Origin: an uncultured Chlamydiae bacterium
Lineage (GTDB): Bacteria > Chlamydiota > Chlamydiia > Chlamydiales > Parachlamydiaceae
Assembly: GCA_963830365.1 (NCBI GenBank)
Contig: CAWHMU010000035.1
Coordinates: 30,129 to 94,128 of the forward strand
Length of the DNA: 64,000 bases
Reading direction: 5' to 3'
The position numbers were made by a program, and so were the translations under genes. Positions within the stretch are counted from its first letter, which is position 1; each line of letters starts with the position of its first letter. The notes under the pieces are model-generated. The model was given only the letters and a program-made list of their open reading frames with translations. It searched no databases and was not told where the DNA came from. Below, one piece after another: positions 20,479 through 29,942 of this stretch.

Positions 20479-21962
20479 TGGACTAATTCCTTTTGGAGTT
20501 CCGTTTGACTTAAAGGCAAATTCCCCATCCGGCCCACCTGACAGGCTGCGGCGATAGAACCTAAATATGCGCTTTCCCAAATTGTGGCGCCGGCAACCAA
20601 AGACATCGAAGCACAGATCAGCAAGCAATCGCCTGCGCCGGCTAAGTCTTTTGGTTCGAGATTAAATGCGGGCAATTCATCGGTGTGGACATTCGTTGTC
20701 CCGTTATTTGGGGAGTAAATAAGCACTCCTTCGGACCCTAGGGTAACTAAGACATGTTTTGCATTTATCTTCCGCTTCAGCATATCGGCAACTGCTATAA
20801 GCCCTGAATGGGGATTGCGAATTGCCAGCCTTGCTTCCCGCTCGGTAGGAGTAATCAGCAACATGTTTTTAAACCGCCCGATATCACCAACTTGCGATGA
20901 GGATTGACTGTCTGCCACCATAGGAATCCCCCGCTTCAAGCAAAATGCGACGATCTTATTGATCAGGTGCTGAGGAAGACAGCCGTAACTAAAATCAGAA
21001 AAAACAAGTAAATGGGCATTTTCGAGCGCTTTGACTATTTCAGCCATCATTTGCTCTTGCTGCTCGTGGTTCATATGATGCTGGCGAAGCTCGGAGACCC
21101 TAAGAAGAGTTTTCCCTTGCGTACGAAAACGCTGCTTCAAGGTCGTCGGTCTGCTCTCATCCACAATCAAACAGGATTTTACGCCATACTCCTTCAATTT
21201 GCCTCTTGCATAATTAGCCGTAGCATCATTGCCGACAACGCTAAAAAAATCCACCTGTGCGCCAAGGCTTTTGGCATGCGCTGCGACAATGCCAGCTCCC
21301 CCTAGAAAAAGATCCCGTTTGATTGGAGTGACAACAATTGTGGGATCTTCCTGCGACATCCCTAATGGATCGCAATAAACATACTCATCGATGATCAAAT
21401 CCCCTAAAACAACCACGCTAAGATCGGGGAAATGGCTGACAATGCCTGATAATTTTTTAATATCCGTAGAATGGCGTTTCAAATAAGCGATCGGCTTATT
21501 GATGGAATGTAAAGGAGGTTTTTGCAATTCTTTCTTCAAATGATTCAAGGAAGAGAACCAAGTCTCGCCAGAAGCAAAAATCAATTGCCCTCCGTAACTT
21601 TCCACTGCCGCCTGTTCGACGTTTGGCTGCAATTCATGCTCTTTTCCCTTAACGACGATGTCAGGTTTTAAACCGGCAATAAATTCTTGCACAGGCACTG
21701 TCATCACATAGGCAAAATCGACCAGGCCTATCGCTTTGACACTCTCGAGACGCAGCTCCTCTGGAACGAATATATCGGGATGACCATCTGGCGTGATCCC
21801 GACGATCAAAGAATCTGCGCTTTCGGCCGCAAAATTGAGCAGGCGAATATGGCCTGGATGGACCACATTAAAATTCCCTGAAATGAAAGCAATCTTTTTG
21901 CCCTTTTTTATCTTGCTTCGAATTTCACTGATCAGAGACGAGGCCTTCTTTTTCACTAGCAT
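20475..21962 (-). CDS. Bifunctional cytidylyltransferase-domain / PfkB-kinase protein (HldE/RfaE-like, domains in reverse order)
   Basis: N-terminal GNFNVVHPGH and PDIVVKGKE; C-terminal LGGAGIVA, ITPTEREA, DLAGAGD. Confidence 0.85.
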   Translation of the reverse strand: MLVKKKASSLISEIRSKIKKGKKIAFISGNFNVVHPGHIRLLNFAAESADSLIVGITPDGHPDIFVPEELRLESVKAIGLVDFAYVMTVPVQEFIAGLKPDIVVKGKEHELQPNVEQAAVESYGGQLIFASGETWFSSLNHLKKELQKPPLHSINKPIAYLKRHSTDIKKLSGIVSHFPDLSVVVLGDLIIDEYVYCDPLGMSQEDPTIVVTPIKRDLFLGGAGIVAAHAKSLGAQVDFFSVVGNDATANYARGKLKEYGVKSCLIVDESRPTTLKQRFRTQGKTLLRVSELRQHHMNHEQQEQMMAEIVKALENAHLLVFSDFSYGCLPQHLINKIVAFCLKRGIPMVADSQSSSQVGDIGRFKNMLLITPTEREARLAIRNPHSGLIAVADMLKRKINAKHVLVTLGSEGVLIYSPNNGTTNVHTDELPAFNLEPKDLAGAGDCLLICASMSLVAGATIWESAYLGSIAAACQVGRMGNLPLSQTELQKELVH

Positions 21963-21974
21963 ACTTTCTCTCCT

Positions 21975-23027
21975 TTATTTCATGGCGATCAGGCATCGCC
22001 CCTTTGTTGTTCCGTCGCGCATCGATTGAATGGCCTGATTGATCTCTTCTAATGGATAAGTTTCGGTGATGAACTCCTTCAACTTGATCCGCCCTGCCTG
22101 CAGCAAAGTATAATAACGGGGGATGTCGATATGCGGAAGCGCCTCCCCGCCATGAGAACCTGTGATCTGCTTGCCAAAGTGCAAAGGCAGCGAGTAAATG
22201 GAAATATCGTGGCCTTTGGGAGGAACGCCGACCAGGACGACACGCCCTTGAGGCTTTGTCGCATGATATCCCAGCTTGATGATCTCTGGATTTCCTGTAT
22301 TGTCGACGAAACAATCGACCCCTTGAGGACCTGCAATCTTTTCGATCGACTGGCCAGCATCCTGGTCCCTCGTGTTGATCAGATGGGTGGCGCCTGCGGT
22401 TTTTGCGAGATGAAGTCGCGCATCAAAACGATCGACGGCGATGATCGGATAAGCAGAAACAAGGCTGGCCGCTTGAATGATGTTAAGGCCGACCCCGCCC
22501 GCACCAAAGACGACGATCGATTCCCCGATTTTTAATTTGGCATTGTTCACGATCACGCCAAAGCCCGTGGTGACAGCGCAGCCGAACAATGCGGCCACTT
22601 CAAGGTCAGCCTCTTTGGGGATCGGCGTCAAGCGGTTTTCCGAGACAATGGCGTACTCATTAAATGTGGTGATGCATCCGGCATTCAAACTTTTTCCGCG
22701 CCATTGATAGACAGGGGGCTTGGCCTCGATCCCAAGCCCTTTGCGCCAATGCATGACGACGGTATCGTAGGGTTTGACATGGGTAACACCGGGTCCGGTC
22801 GCGAGAACCTCTCCAGAAGCTTCGTGCCCAAGCAAATGGGGAAGATACTTATCTTCTCCCTTGACACCATCGATTTCGCCAAGTTGCGACCCGCAAATGC
22901 CGCTGAAATGCACTTTGACAAGCACTTGTCCTACCTGCAAAGACTCGGGCAAACTGATCTCGTCGATGACAAGCGGAGAGCATTGACTGACGAGGATCGC
23001 TGCTTTGATTGTACGTGGTATTTCCAT
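21975..23027 (-). CDS. Zinc-binding medium-chain dehydrogenase
   Basis: SGICGSQ, LLGHEASG, ALFGCAVTTG, VFGAGGVG. Confidence 0.88.
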   Translation of the reverse strand: MEIPRTIKAAILVSQCSPLVIDEISLPESLQVGQVLVKVHFSGICGSQLGEIDGVKGEDKYLPHLLGHEASGEVLATGPGVTHVKPYDTVVMHWRKGLGIEAKPPVYQWRGKSLNAGCITTFNEYAIVSENRLTPIPKEADLEVAALFGCAVTTGFGVIVNNAKLKIGESIVVFGAGGVGLNIIQAASLVSAYPIIAVDRFDARLHLAKTAGATHLINTRDQDAGQSIEKIAGPQGVDCFVDNTGNPEIIKLGYHATKPQGRVVLVGVPPKGHDISIYSLPLHFGKQITGSHGGEALPHIDIPRYYTLLQAGRIKLKEFITETYPLEEINQAIQSMRDGTTKGRCLIAMK

Positions 23028-23032
23028 ATGGC

Positions 23033-23704
23033 CTATTCAAAATAGATTAAGGAGTGATCACCTGAGTAACCCGTTTGCTTGAACCACCAGTCCCACTCTT
23101 CCGGCGTGCAAAAGGCCTCACATGTGACCTGCCAATAGAGGAGATTGGCTTTTTCGCTTTCATTGCGGTAAGACTCAACGCAAATGTACTTGTTTTTCTT
23201 TCCAACCCGCTCAATTTCTCGCAAGGCATTCTCCAGATCGTAGTTGTGTAAAGTATGCAAGGCATTGATAGAGATCACCAGATCGAAGAAGTGGTTGGGG
23301 TAAGGCAAAGCAATAGCATTGCCCACTTGAAGCCTATCCCTGATCTCTTCTTTTGCATTGGCGATCGCGTAATCGGAAACGTCGATCCCCCATAATTCAA
23401 GCCCGGGAACAACTTTAGTGAAGTCGTAAAGCAAGAACCCTTTACCGCACCCTACATCGAGAATTTTATCTCCCGGTTTAAGGCCATAATGATCGGCAAG
23501 AGCCTTCGCGACCGTCTCCCAGCGCCCTTCCATATACCTATAACCGCCATAGCAAATGCGTCGGTCCCCATCCCAATAGTCGAAATCCCACTTCTTTGCC
23601 AATTCTGCGGCCTTCGCCTTGGGATAATCGGGGTCATTGACACGGGCTAGATAGTTGCGCTTGGTGCTATTATGCACAGCGGACATAAAGTCTTTATAGG
23701 CCAT
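23033..23704 (-). CDS. Class I SAM-dependent methyltransferase
   Basis: ILDVGCGKGF, FDLVISIN. Confidence 0.85.
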   Translation of the reverse strand: MAYKDFMSAVHNSTKRNYLARVNDPDYPKAKAAELAKKWDFDYWDGDRRICYGGYRYMEGRWETVAKALADHYGLKPGDKILDVGCGKGFLLYDFTKVVPGLELWGIDVSDYAIANAKEEIRDRLQVGNAIALPYPNHFFDLVISINALHTLHNYDLENALREIERVGKKNKYICVESYRNESEKANLLYWQVTCEAFCTPEEWDWWFKQTGYSGDHSLIYFE

Positions 23705-23776
23705 ATTTTCCCTTTAGATTTTTCATCGCTTGGTGTGGAAGAAAGAGATTAAGTACAATACAGAACCATTGCCAAA

Positions 23777-24763
23777 TTATTGTTTGTGAACGTAGTCAAA
23801 ATTTTGAGAACTCAGGACATTGAAATGCTCTCGAACCCACCGGATAGACTCATCGAGTCCCTGATCGAGCGAAATGAGGTCGCGCCATCCGAGTTCTCTT
23901 CTCAACTTGGTGCTGTCGAGATGATAGGAGCTGTCCTTGCCCAGCCGTTCTCCAACCACTTCGACATGGTCTTCTAACCGCACATCGAGCTTGTGGCAAA
24001 TCCGCTCGACAAGGTCGTAAATGGAAATCACTTCAGGAGAAGCAATGTGATAGGTATCCCCATTGTTGCCGTTTAACATAATTCTCCACGTGGCATCGGA
24101 GACATCTTTCATGTGAATGAAGTTTCGGGTAGAAGCTCCCCCGCCGTGCAATTGGATCTTGCGCCCGAGCAGGATAAATAAAATAGTCCGAGGAATGATC
24201 CGGTAAAGCTGCTGGCCCGGGCCATACACGTTGGCAGAGCGCGTGGTGATGACAGGAAAGCGATAGGCGGCATAAAAAGAGCGCAGGCTCATGTCTGCTG
24301 CAGCGCGAGAAACGGCATACGGTGTGCTGGGATTAAAAGGAAAGTCTTCTTTGACATTTCCGGGACAGCTTCCATATACCTCAGGAGTGGAGACATGGAC
24401 ATAGCGCTTTAAAAAGTCGCTTCTTTTAAGCGCATTATGGAGTGCGATGGTCGATACCGTATTCGTCATGAACCAATCCTGCGGACGTTCCCAGCTTTCT
24501 GCTACCATGCTCTGCGCAGCAAAATTGACGATGTATTCCGGTCTTTCCTGCTCGATCCAATCGAGGATCTCAGTCAAATTTTTGTTTAGATCAAGCTGTA
24601 GAAAATGAAAACCGTCGTTTGCGCGCCATTTGTACGGCAGAAAGGCTTCGACAGGTTCTCTAGAACGGCTCATTCCAGTCACATCGGCCTTTTTTGCAAG
24701 GGCGAAATCAACAAAACTTGCGCCTGAAAATGAATTGCTACCGATAACTAGCAGTTTCAGCAT
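23777..24763 (-). CDS. NDP-sugar 4,6-dehydratase-like extended SDR
   Basis: NFAAQSMV, HVSTPEVYG, PSTPYAVSRAA, NVYGPGQ. Confidence 0.85.
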   Translation of the reverse strand: MLKLLVIGSNSFSGASFVDFALAKKADVTGMSRSREPVEAFLPYKWRANDGFHFLQLDLNKNLTEILDWIEQERPEYIVNFAAQSMVAESWERPQDWFMTNTVSTIALHNALKRSDFLKRYVHVSTPEVYGSCPGNVKEDFPFNPSTPYAVSRAAADMSLRSFYAAYRFPVITTRSANVYGPGQQLYRIIPRTILFILLGRKIQLHGGGASTRNFIHMKDVSDATWRIMLNGNNGDTYHIASPEVISIYDLVERICHKLDVRLEDHVEVVGERLGKDSSYHLDSTKLRRELGWRDLISLDQGLDESIRWVREHFNVLSSQNFDYVHKQ

Positions 24764-25367
24764 GGATGGCCTCTTCTTTCGTTTCTAATTCAGGCCGATT
24801 GCAGTAGAGCCATTGCATCAGCATATGGCCGACGATCATTTGTAAATCTTCGGAAAGCTGCATATCATCGACAGCAAAATGGATCGGGACATCAGCCAAG
24901 GCCTTGCATGCTCCGCCGGAAAAACCAAGGACGGCATACGATTTGATTTCCATTATTTTTGCCTCTCGGAGGACTGCCTGAATGTTTGCAGAATTGCCGC
25001 TTCCGGAAAATACGATCAGTAAATCCCCCGATCTTCCAAGGACTGCCAATTGCTTGGCAAAGATTTGCTCATAGCTAATATCATTGGCAAGGCATGTGAT
25101 GACTGCCGGGTTGGCAGAAAGCGCTTGCACCCGCATCCCAAGATGGGAATGACCGCCGATCCCATACAGATAATCGTTTGCCAGATGGATAGCATTCGCT
25201 GCGCTTCCGCCATTACCGCAAAGGAAAACCTGTCGGTCTCTTTCCCAACATGTATATAAGTCAAAAGCAAGTTTTTCGACTTTTCCCCAGTCGCTGGCAG
25301 CGAGGATAGTCTGCAAACGCCTTGAATAGCGCTGAAAAAAGTGCTGAGGATTCTCTTGATCGTTCAT
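24738..25367 (-). CDS. gmhA: SIS-domain phosphoheptose isomerase (GmhA-like)
   Basis: FLCGNGGSAANAIH, TCLANDISY, FSGSGNSANI, EDLQMIVGH; ATG at 25367 overlaps the upstream stop. Confidence 0.82.
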   Translation of the reverse strand: MNDQENPQHFFQRYSRRLQTILAASDWGKVEKLAFDLYTCWERDRQVFLCGNGGSAANAIHLANDYLYGIGGHSHLGMRVQALSANPAVITCLANDISYEQIFAKQLAVLGRSGDLLIVFSGSGNSANIQAVLREAKIMEIKSYAVLGFSGGACKALADVPIHFAVDDMQLSEDLQMIVGHMLMQWLYCNRPELETKEEAIHAETASYR

Positions 25368-26314
25368 GCCGGTGCTCCCTCCAATACCGCTTGCTTCATC
25401 CATTTCAGATTGTAAAAACGATCTTCGTCTTGACAAACCCCCGCTTGGTATTGGGTAGTGATCTCCTGAATGGCATCTTCTACTTTTTTCTTTGGTTTGA
25501 AGCCCGTCGCAAGCAGCTTGTCTGAATTGACTCGATAGCACCTGGGATCATTAGATGGAGTCACAGCAATTTCAACGGAGACATATTTTGTGACCAATTT
25601 TGCGATGTCGAGAATGGATATGTTTTCAAATCCCGCGTTGTAGATTCCCGTGTGTTCTGGATGATCCAGCAAATGCAAGTAAAGATCCGTGATATCATCT
25701 ATATGAATATTGGGCCGGATCTGATCTCCGCCAAACACCGTGATCTTCCCTTTGGAAAGAGCCTGGATAGTCAGCATGTTCACCGCGACATCGAACCGCA
25801 TCCTTGGAGAATAGCCGCATACTGTCCCTGGGCGAACGATTTGGACAACCATATCGTCTTGATAGCTCAGAACGACGCGCTCGGCAACCATTTTGGTCTT
25901 GTTGTATTCAGAAATTGGCTCGAGCTCAATCGTTTCAATCACATCCTCTTCATCTTTCACCCCATAGACGCTTCCCGAAGAGGCATAGATGAATCGTTTA
26001 ACTCCTAATCGCTTTGCGCGGTCTGCCAACTGCATGGTCGCAAGGGCGCTCACTTCCCAAGTGAGTTTGGGATCCAAATCCCCGCATGGGTCATTGGCGA
26101 TCGATGCCAAATGGATGATGCAATCCACACCATCTAAAGGAATGCTCTTTACATCGCGCACATCTCCCTTGATCACTTCGAGCTTGGGATGCTTGTGCAG
26201 AAAATTTCCAAACCATTGTAAGTCAAAAACGATGACCTCATGACCTTGCCTGAGCAACTTAGGCACTAAGACATGGCCTTTGTATCCGCAACCTCCAGTA
26301 ACAAGTATTTTCAT
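25364..26314 (-). CDS. NAD-dependent sugar epimerase/dehydratase (extended SDR)
   Basis: ILVTGGCGYKG, YASSGSVYG, YNKTK (YxxxK). Confidence 0.88.
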   Translation of the reverse strand: MKILVTGGCGYKGHVLVPKLLRQGHEVIVFDLQWFGNFLHKHPKLEVIKGDVRDVKSIPLDGVDCIIHLASIANDPCGDLDPKLTWEVSALATMQLADRAKRLGVKRFIYASSGSVYGVKDEEDVIETIELEPISEYNKTKMVAERVVLSYQDDMVVQIVRPGTVCGYSPRMRFDVAVNMLTIQALSKGKITVFGGDQIRPNIHIDDITDLYLHLLDHPEHTGIYNAGFENISILDIAKLVTKYVSVEIAVTPSNDPRCYRVNSDKLLATGFKPKKKVEDAIQEITTQYQAGVCQDEDRFYNLKWMKQAVLEGAPA

Positions 26315-26360
26315 TCATCCTCCTTGGGGGTAATTTGCAAAACCCCTTATTTTTTTTGGT

Positions 26361-27584
26361 TCAGAGCAAGCCTAAAATTTCTTCCGTTTGTCTGCAGATG
26401 AATTTCGCTATAGATAGGCAAGAAGTCGCCGCAGGAGAGGGAGCGTTGAGGACATGCAGGGAGTTATGTTTCTTCACGATCGCAAAATCATCCAGCATGG
26501 TCCCGTCATTTTTCACTACTTGGGCACGGACACCCGCGCCCCCTTCGATGAAATCTTCCTCTTCTAGCTCGGGAATGAGGCGCTGAACCTCCTTGACAAA
26601 CGCTTTTTTGCTCCAAGAACGGAGCATTTCCTTGCATCCAACATCCCAATAGCGGCCTGCCATTTTCCAAAAACCCGGATAGCAGAGATAGCGCAGGCAA
26701 TCCTGAAGATCGAACTGGGATTTTCGATATCCTTCTCTCGCAAAGGCGAGAACGGCATTCGGCCCCGCCACGACTTTCCCATCGACCATGCGGCTTAAAT
26801 GGACTCCCAGAAAAGGTAATTTTGGGTTGGGAACGGGGTAAATCAACCCATTGACGAGATCTCGTTTCTTTTCGACAAGTTCCCAATATTCTCCCCGAAA
26901 CGGGATAATCTGGAAGGGGATTTCTTCTTTATTCAAAATCAGTGCAGCTATCCGGTCGGATTGAAGGCCTGCGCAATTGATCAGATAAGCGGTCCGATAA
27001 GTAGAGGTCGATGTCTCTATGATCACTTGTTTGTTTTCAGCAGTAATTGCCTCTGCTTTTTCCCCGAAAAAAATCTCCCCACCATTTTTCTTAAATTGCA
27101 TGAGCAGTTTTTCGACTACATCTTGAAAATTGATCGAATAGCATTCAGGAATCCATAGGGCCTGGATGCCATTGGCGTGAGGCTCGATCTCTTTCAGCTG
27201 CTCCTTTGCAATCAGTTTCAGCCCTTTTATCCCATGGCTCTGTCCTCTTATCCACAGCTCAGACAAATAGGAAAGCTCTTTATCTTGCGTCGCGACGATC
27301 ACTTTTCCCAATTGCTTTAGAGGAATCCCATTTTCCCGGCAAAACTCCAAAAGCTCAACTCTTCCCTTGATGCAATTTTGAGCCTTTAAAGACCCTGGTT
27401 TATAATAAACGCCGGAATGAACCACCCCGCTATTGCGGGTCGATTGGTGAATCCCGCTTTTGTTCTCTTTTTCCAAAATTGTGATTTTGAGATGGGGAAA
27501 AGTCTGTTGCAATCGATAAGCTGTTGCCAGGCCTATAATTCCTGCGCCGATAATCAGAATGTCTGAAGAAAGATTGGTTTTCAT
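26361..27584 (-). CDS. lhgO: L-2-hydroxyglutarate oxidase-like FAD oxidoreductase
   Basis: IIGAGIIGLATA, HQSTRNSGVVHSGVYYKPGSLKA, IYPVPNPKLPFLGVH, GVRAQ, HVLNAPSPAAT. Confidence 0.9.
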   Translation of the reverse strand: MKTNLSSDILIIGAGIIGLATAYRLQQTFPHLKITILEKENKSGIHQSTRNSGVVHSGVYYKPGSLKAQNCIKGRVELLEFCRENGIPLKQLGKVIVATQDKELSYLSELWIRGQSHGIKGLKLIAKEQLKEIEPHANGIQALWIPECYSINFQDVVEKLLMQFKKNGGEIFFGEKAEAITAENKQVIIETSTSTYRTAYLINCAGLQSDRIAALILNKEEIPFQIIPFRGEYWELVEKKRDLVNGLIYPVPNPKLPFLGVHLSRMVDGKVVAGPNAVLAFAREGYRKSQFDLQDCLRYLCYPGFWKMAGRYWDVGCKEMLRSWSKKAFVKEVQRLIPELEEEDFIEGGAGVRAQVVKNDGTMLDDFAIVKKHNSLHVLNAPSPAATSCLSIAKFICRQTEEILGLL

Positions 27585-27621
27585 ATTGTTTTAAGTGTAA
27601 TTCTCCACTCTTTGACAACCC

Positions 27622-28404
27622 CTAAAGTTTTAACAAAATTGTTAATTCACCAGACGATCTAAGCATTGAAGTATTATTTGGTGGGCCTCTATGGACTAAT
27701 TTGTCATGAAAAAGTACGCAATAGCCATCAAAATTTGTCAAAGGACACATAAACGCTTTTTCATGATCTTCTAGCCATGATGGGTGAATCACAGGCTTAT
27801 ACCCATTTTTTGTTAAAACGCGATCTGTAGGTACAATTTGCAAATGGCTACCAGGGACTACTTGCAGGCTATTTGTTTTATCGCAACCGAGCAAAGGAAC
27901 CCAAATCTTCCACCTCTCATCGTAGTCAAAAGAAGAACCAACTTCAGCTGATGTTCCCTTAGCAATCTCCCAAAATTGATAATCGCAATGGGCAGCTCCT
28001 ACATCAGGCTTTCCAGGTCTTACGCAGCGCCAAAAGATATCGTAAGAATCTTCGCGCAGCGCGTGATTTTTATATCTTTCATCTTTGCACGCATAGTTAA
28101 CTCCCGTTTGCGTACCCCCAAAATGATCTTTTAAGCTAGCAATCCAGTTAACTGCTAATTCAGCTACTGAATCAGGAAATATTCTAAAAGGCTTGTCAAA
28201 TTTTTTTACAAAATCCTCATCTGTATAGCTCAAAGATATTTCGGTACCTTTTTTTAGTGTTGCAGCCTCATTCAATCCATCAGTTGGAACTTCCATAAAT
28301 TGAAAAATGTGGGATTTCATTGCTTTCGCTAATTCACGTGGGAAAGGAAAAATAATATACCCATTTTTTTCCATGTCACTTGATTTTCTTATATTTACTG
28401 TCAT
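27622..28404 (-). CDS. Phytanoyl-CoA dioxygenase-like Fe(II)/2-oxoglutarate oxygenase
   Basis: HxD (AHCD), WVPL, LQVVPGSH, distal His/Arg in LVHRGPPN...R. Confidence 0.75.
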   Translation of the reverse strand: MTVNIRKSSDMEKNGYIIFPFPRELAKAMKSHIFQFMEVPTDGLNEAATLKKGTEISLSYTDEDFVKKFDKPFRIFPDSVAELAVNWIASLKDHFGGTQTGVNYACKDERYKNHALREDSYDIFWRCVRPGKPDVGAAHCDYQFWEIAKGTSAEVGSSFDYDERWKIWVPLLGCDKTNSLQVVPGSHLQIVPTDRVLTKNGYKPVIHPSWLEDHEKAFMCPLTNFDGYCVLFHDKLVHRGPPNNTSMLRSSGELTILLKL

Positions 28405-28407
28405 GAT

Positions 28408-29229
28408 TCATCCTTGAAGAGGTGACCAGAAATTTTTGTTTCTACGCAATTTATACATATCTGGATCATTTTCTAATGCTTTTTCTAGCTCACGTGTTCC
28501 AAAAGGATCATGGGCAACACTGAAATTTCGTCCTTTTACCCCGTTAGATGGAGTCGTTACAATCCACGTACAGCAGTCAATTACTCGATCCATATGCACC
28601 CAATCTGTTCCTTCAAGCCTAACTTTTGTTTTGTCAAAATTGATCCCAGCTTGATCTCTCCCAGCTTTCAGAGTCGATTCGTGCATTTTTGTCTTAACCC
28701 AACCTGGCCCGACTATAGAAAAATTTGTATCAGAAATTTCTGCATCTAAAAATTCACACATTTTTATTAGCGCAATTTTCGAAATGGTGTAACTTGAGTA
28801 ATTGACAACCGCATTGTTCGTTCCCCCTCCAGCAAAGAAAAGGACACTAGGCTTATGATTGTTCTTATTTCTAACTGGAAGAAGGCTGTGCAAAATACGG
28901 ATTTGCTGAGTAAAATTGACCTGTAAAGATTGTTCCCATTCTTCAAAATCGACAGTTTCGAAAGGACCAATGGGATCCAGAGTTCCTGCAGCAAAAACCA
29001 ATATATCCCATTGACCGCAAATCAATTTCAGCTGATTGCAGACGTTTTGAACAGATGAAATAGAAGCTAGATCACATGGGACCAATGTGATTCCATACTC
29101 ATGTTCTAATGTTGCCACTGCGGAAGAGTGAGAGCGGTATGTCCCAAATACCTTCCATCCCTTTTTAGCCCATGATTTACAAAGCTCTTCCCCTATACCA
29201 GAAGTAGCAGACACAATAATGACTTTCAA
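28408..29229 (-). CDS. SDR-family oxidoreductase
   Basis: SATSGIG, YTISK (YxxxK), PGWVKT. Confidence 0.82.
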   Translation of the reverse strand: MKVIIVSATSGIGEELCKSWAKKGWKVFGTYRSHSSAVATLEHEYGITLVPCDLASISSVQNVCNQLKLICGQWDILVFAAGTLDPIGPFETVDFEEWEQSLQVNFTQQIRILHSLLPVRNKNNHKPSVLFFAGGGTNNAVVNYSSYTISKIALIKMCEFLDAEISDTNFSIVGPGWVKTKMHESTLKAGRDQAGINFDKTKVRLEGTDWVHMDRVIDCCTWIVTTPSNGVKGRNFSVAHDPFGTRELEKALENDPDMYKLRRNKNFWSPLQG

Positions 29230-29921
29230 ATCTTTAAGCCTCTTTTTTCAGTTCCAACCGACCAAATATAGTGACACATTGCATGATAGCCTATGTGAAG
29301 GACCTCATCATTCATCCCGAACATAAACGCATGCTTAAAATATTTTGAGGTTAATTCCCTAAGAGTTTGCTGACTCTTAAGATTAATGTGCTGCACTTCA
29401 CTTCTTTTGCTTGCATACGGACTTGCTGTAATATTTGGCGTGCCAGTGATTAATACCGATGAAGGTTTTAAAAATGCACAAATGTTTTGCATGAACTGAG
29501 CTTCTAAAGAGGGGTCTACATGTTCGATGACATCGATAGAATAGGCGGCATCTGCCTGTATTTTTAGAGTGTTTTTATTCAGATCGATATGTTCATAAGT
29601 CACATTTTTCAAGTGTTTTAGTCTTTTTGCGCACCCCTCCAAGTTACGCTCGTCCCAATCAATACAGTGAAGGTGTTTCACAGCATTGGCCATAATAGGC
29701 ACGCCAAATCCATCTCCGCACCCGATTTCTACAACTGTATCAGTGCCTTCCAACATTTTTGCACAAAATTTATATCGTGCTAAGACAAAGGTTAGATGTT
29801 TCGGATCATGGATATAACTATATGACGTCCATGGTCCTAATAAAAGCTCTTCACATGAAAATTGTTCATCAGTTCCTTCCTGGTAGCAGTCCCAAGCTGT
29901 GGTTAATTTATCTTTTAACAT
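29226..29921 (-). CDS. Class I SAM-dependent methyltransferase
   Basis: VVEIGCGDGFG, DVIEHV, ITGTPN. Confidence 0.85.
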   Translation of the reverse strand: MLKDKLTTAWDCYQEGTDEQFSCEELLLGPWTSYSYIHDPKHLTFVLARYKFCAKMLEGTDTVVEIGCGDGFGVPIMANAVKHLHCIDWDERNLEGCAKRLKHLKNVTYEHIDLNKNTLKIQADAAYSIDVIEHVDPSLEAQFMQNICAFLKPSSVLITGTPNITASPYASKRSEVQHINLKSQQTLRELTSKYFKHAFMFGMNDEVLHIGYHAMCHYIWSVGTEKRGLKI

Positions 29922-29942
29922 TCTTAATACCTTCCCTTAAAT

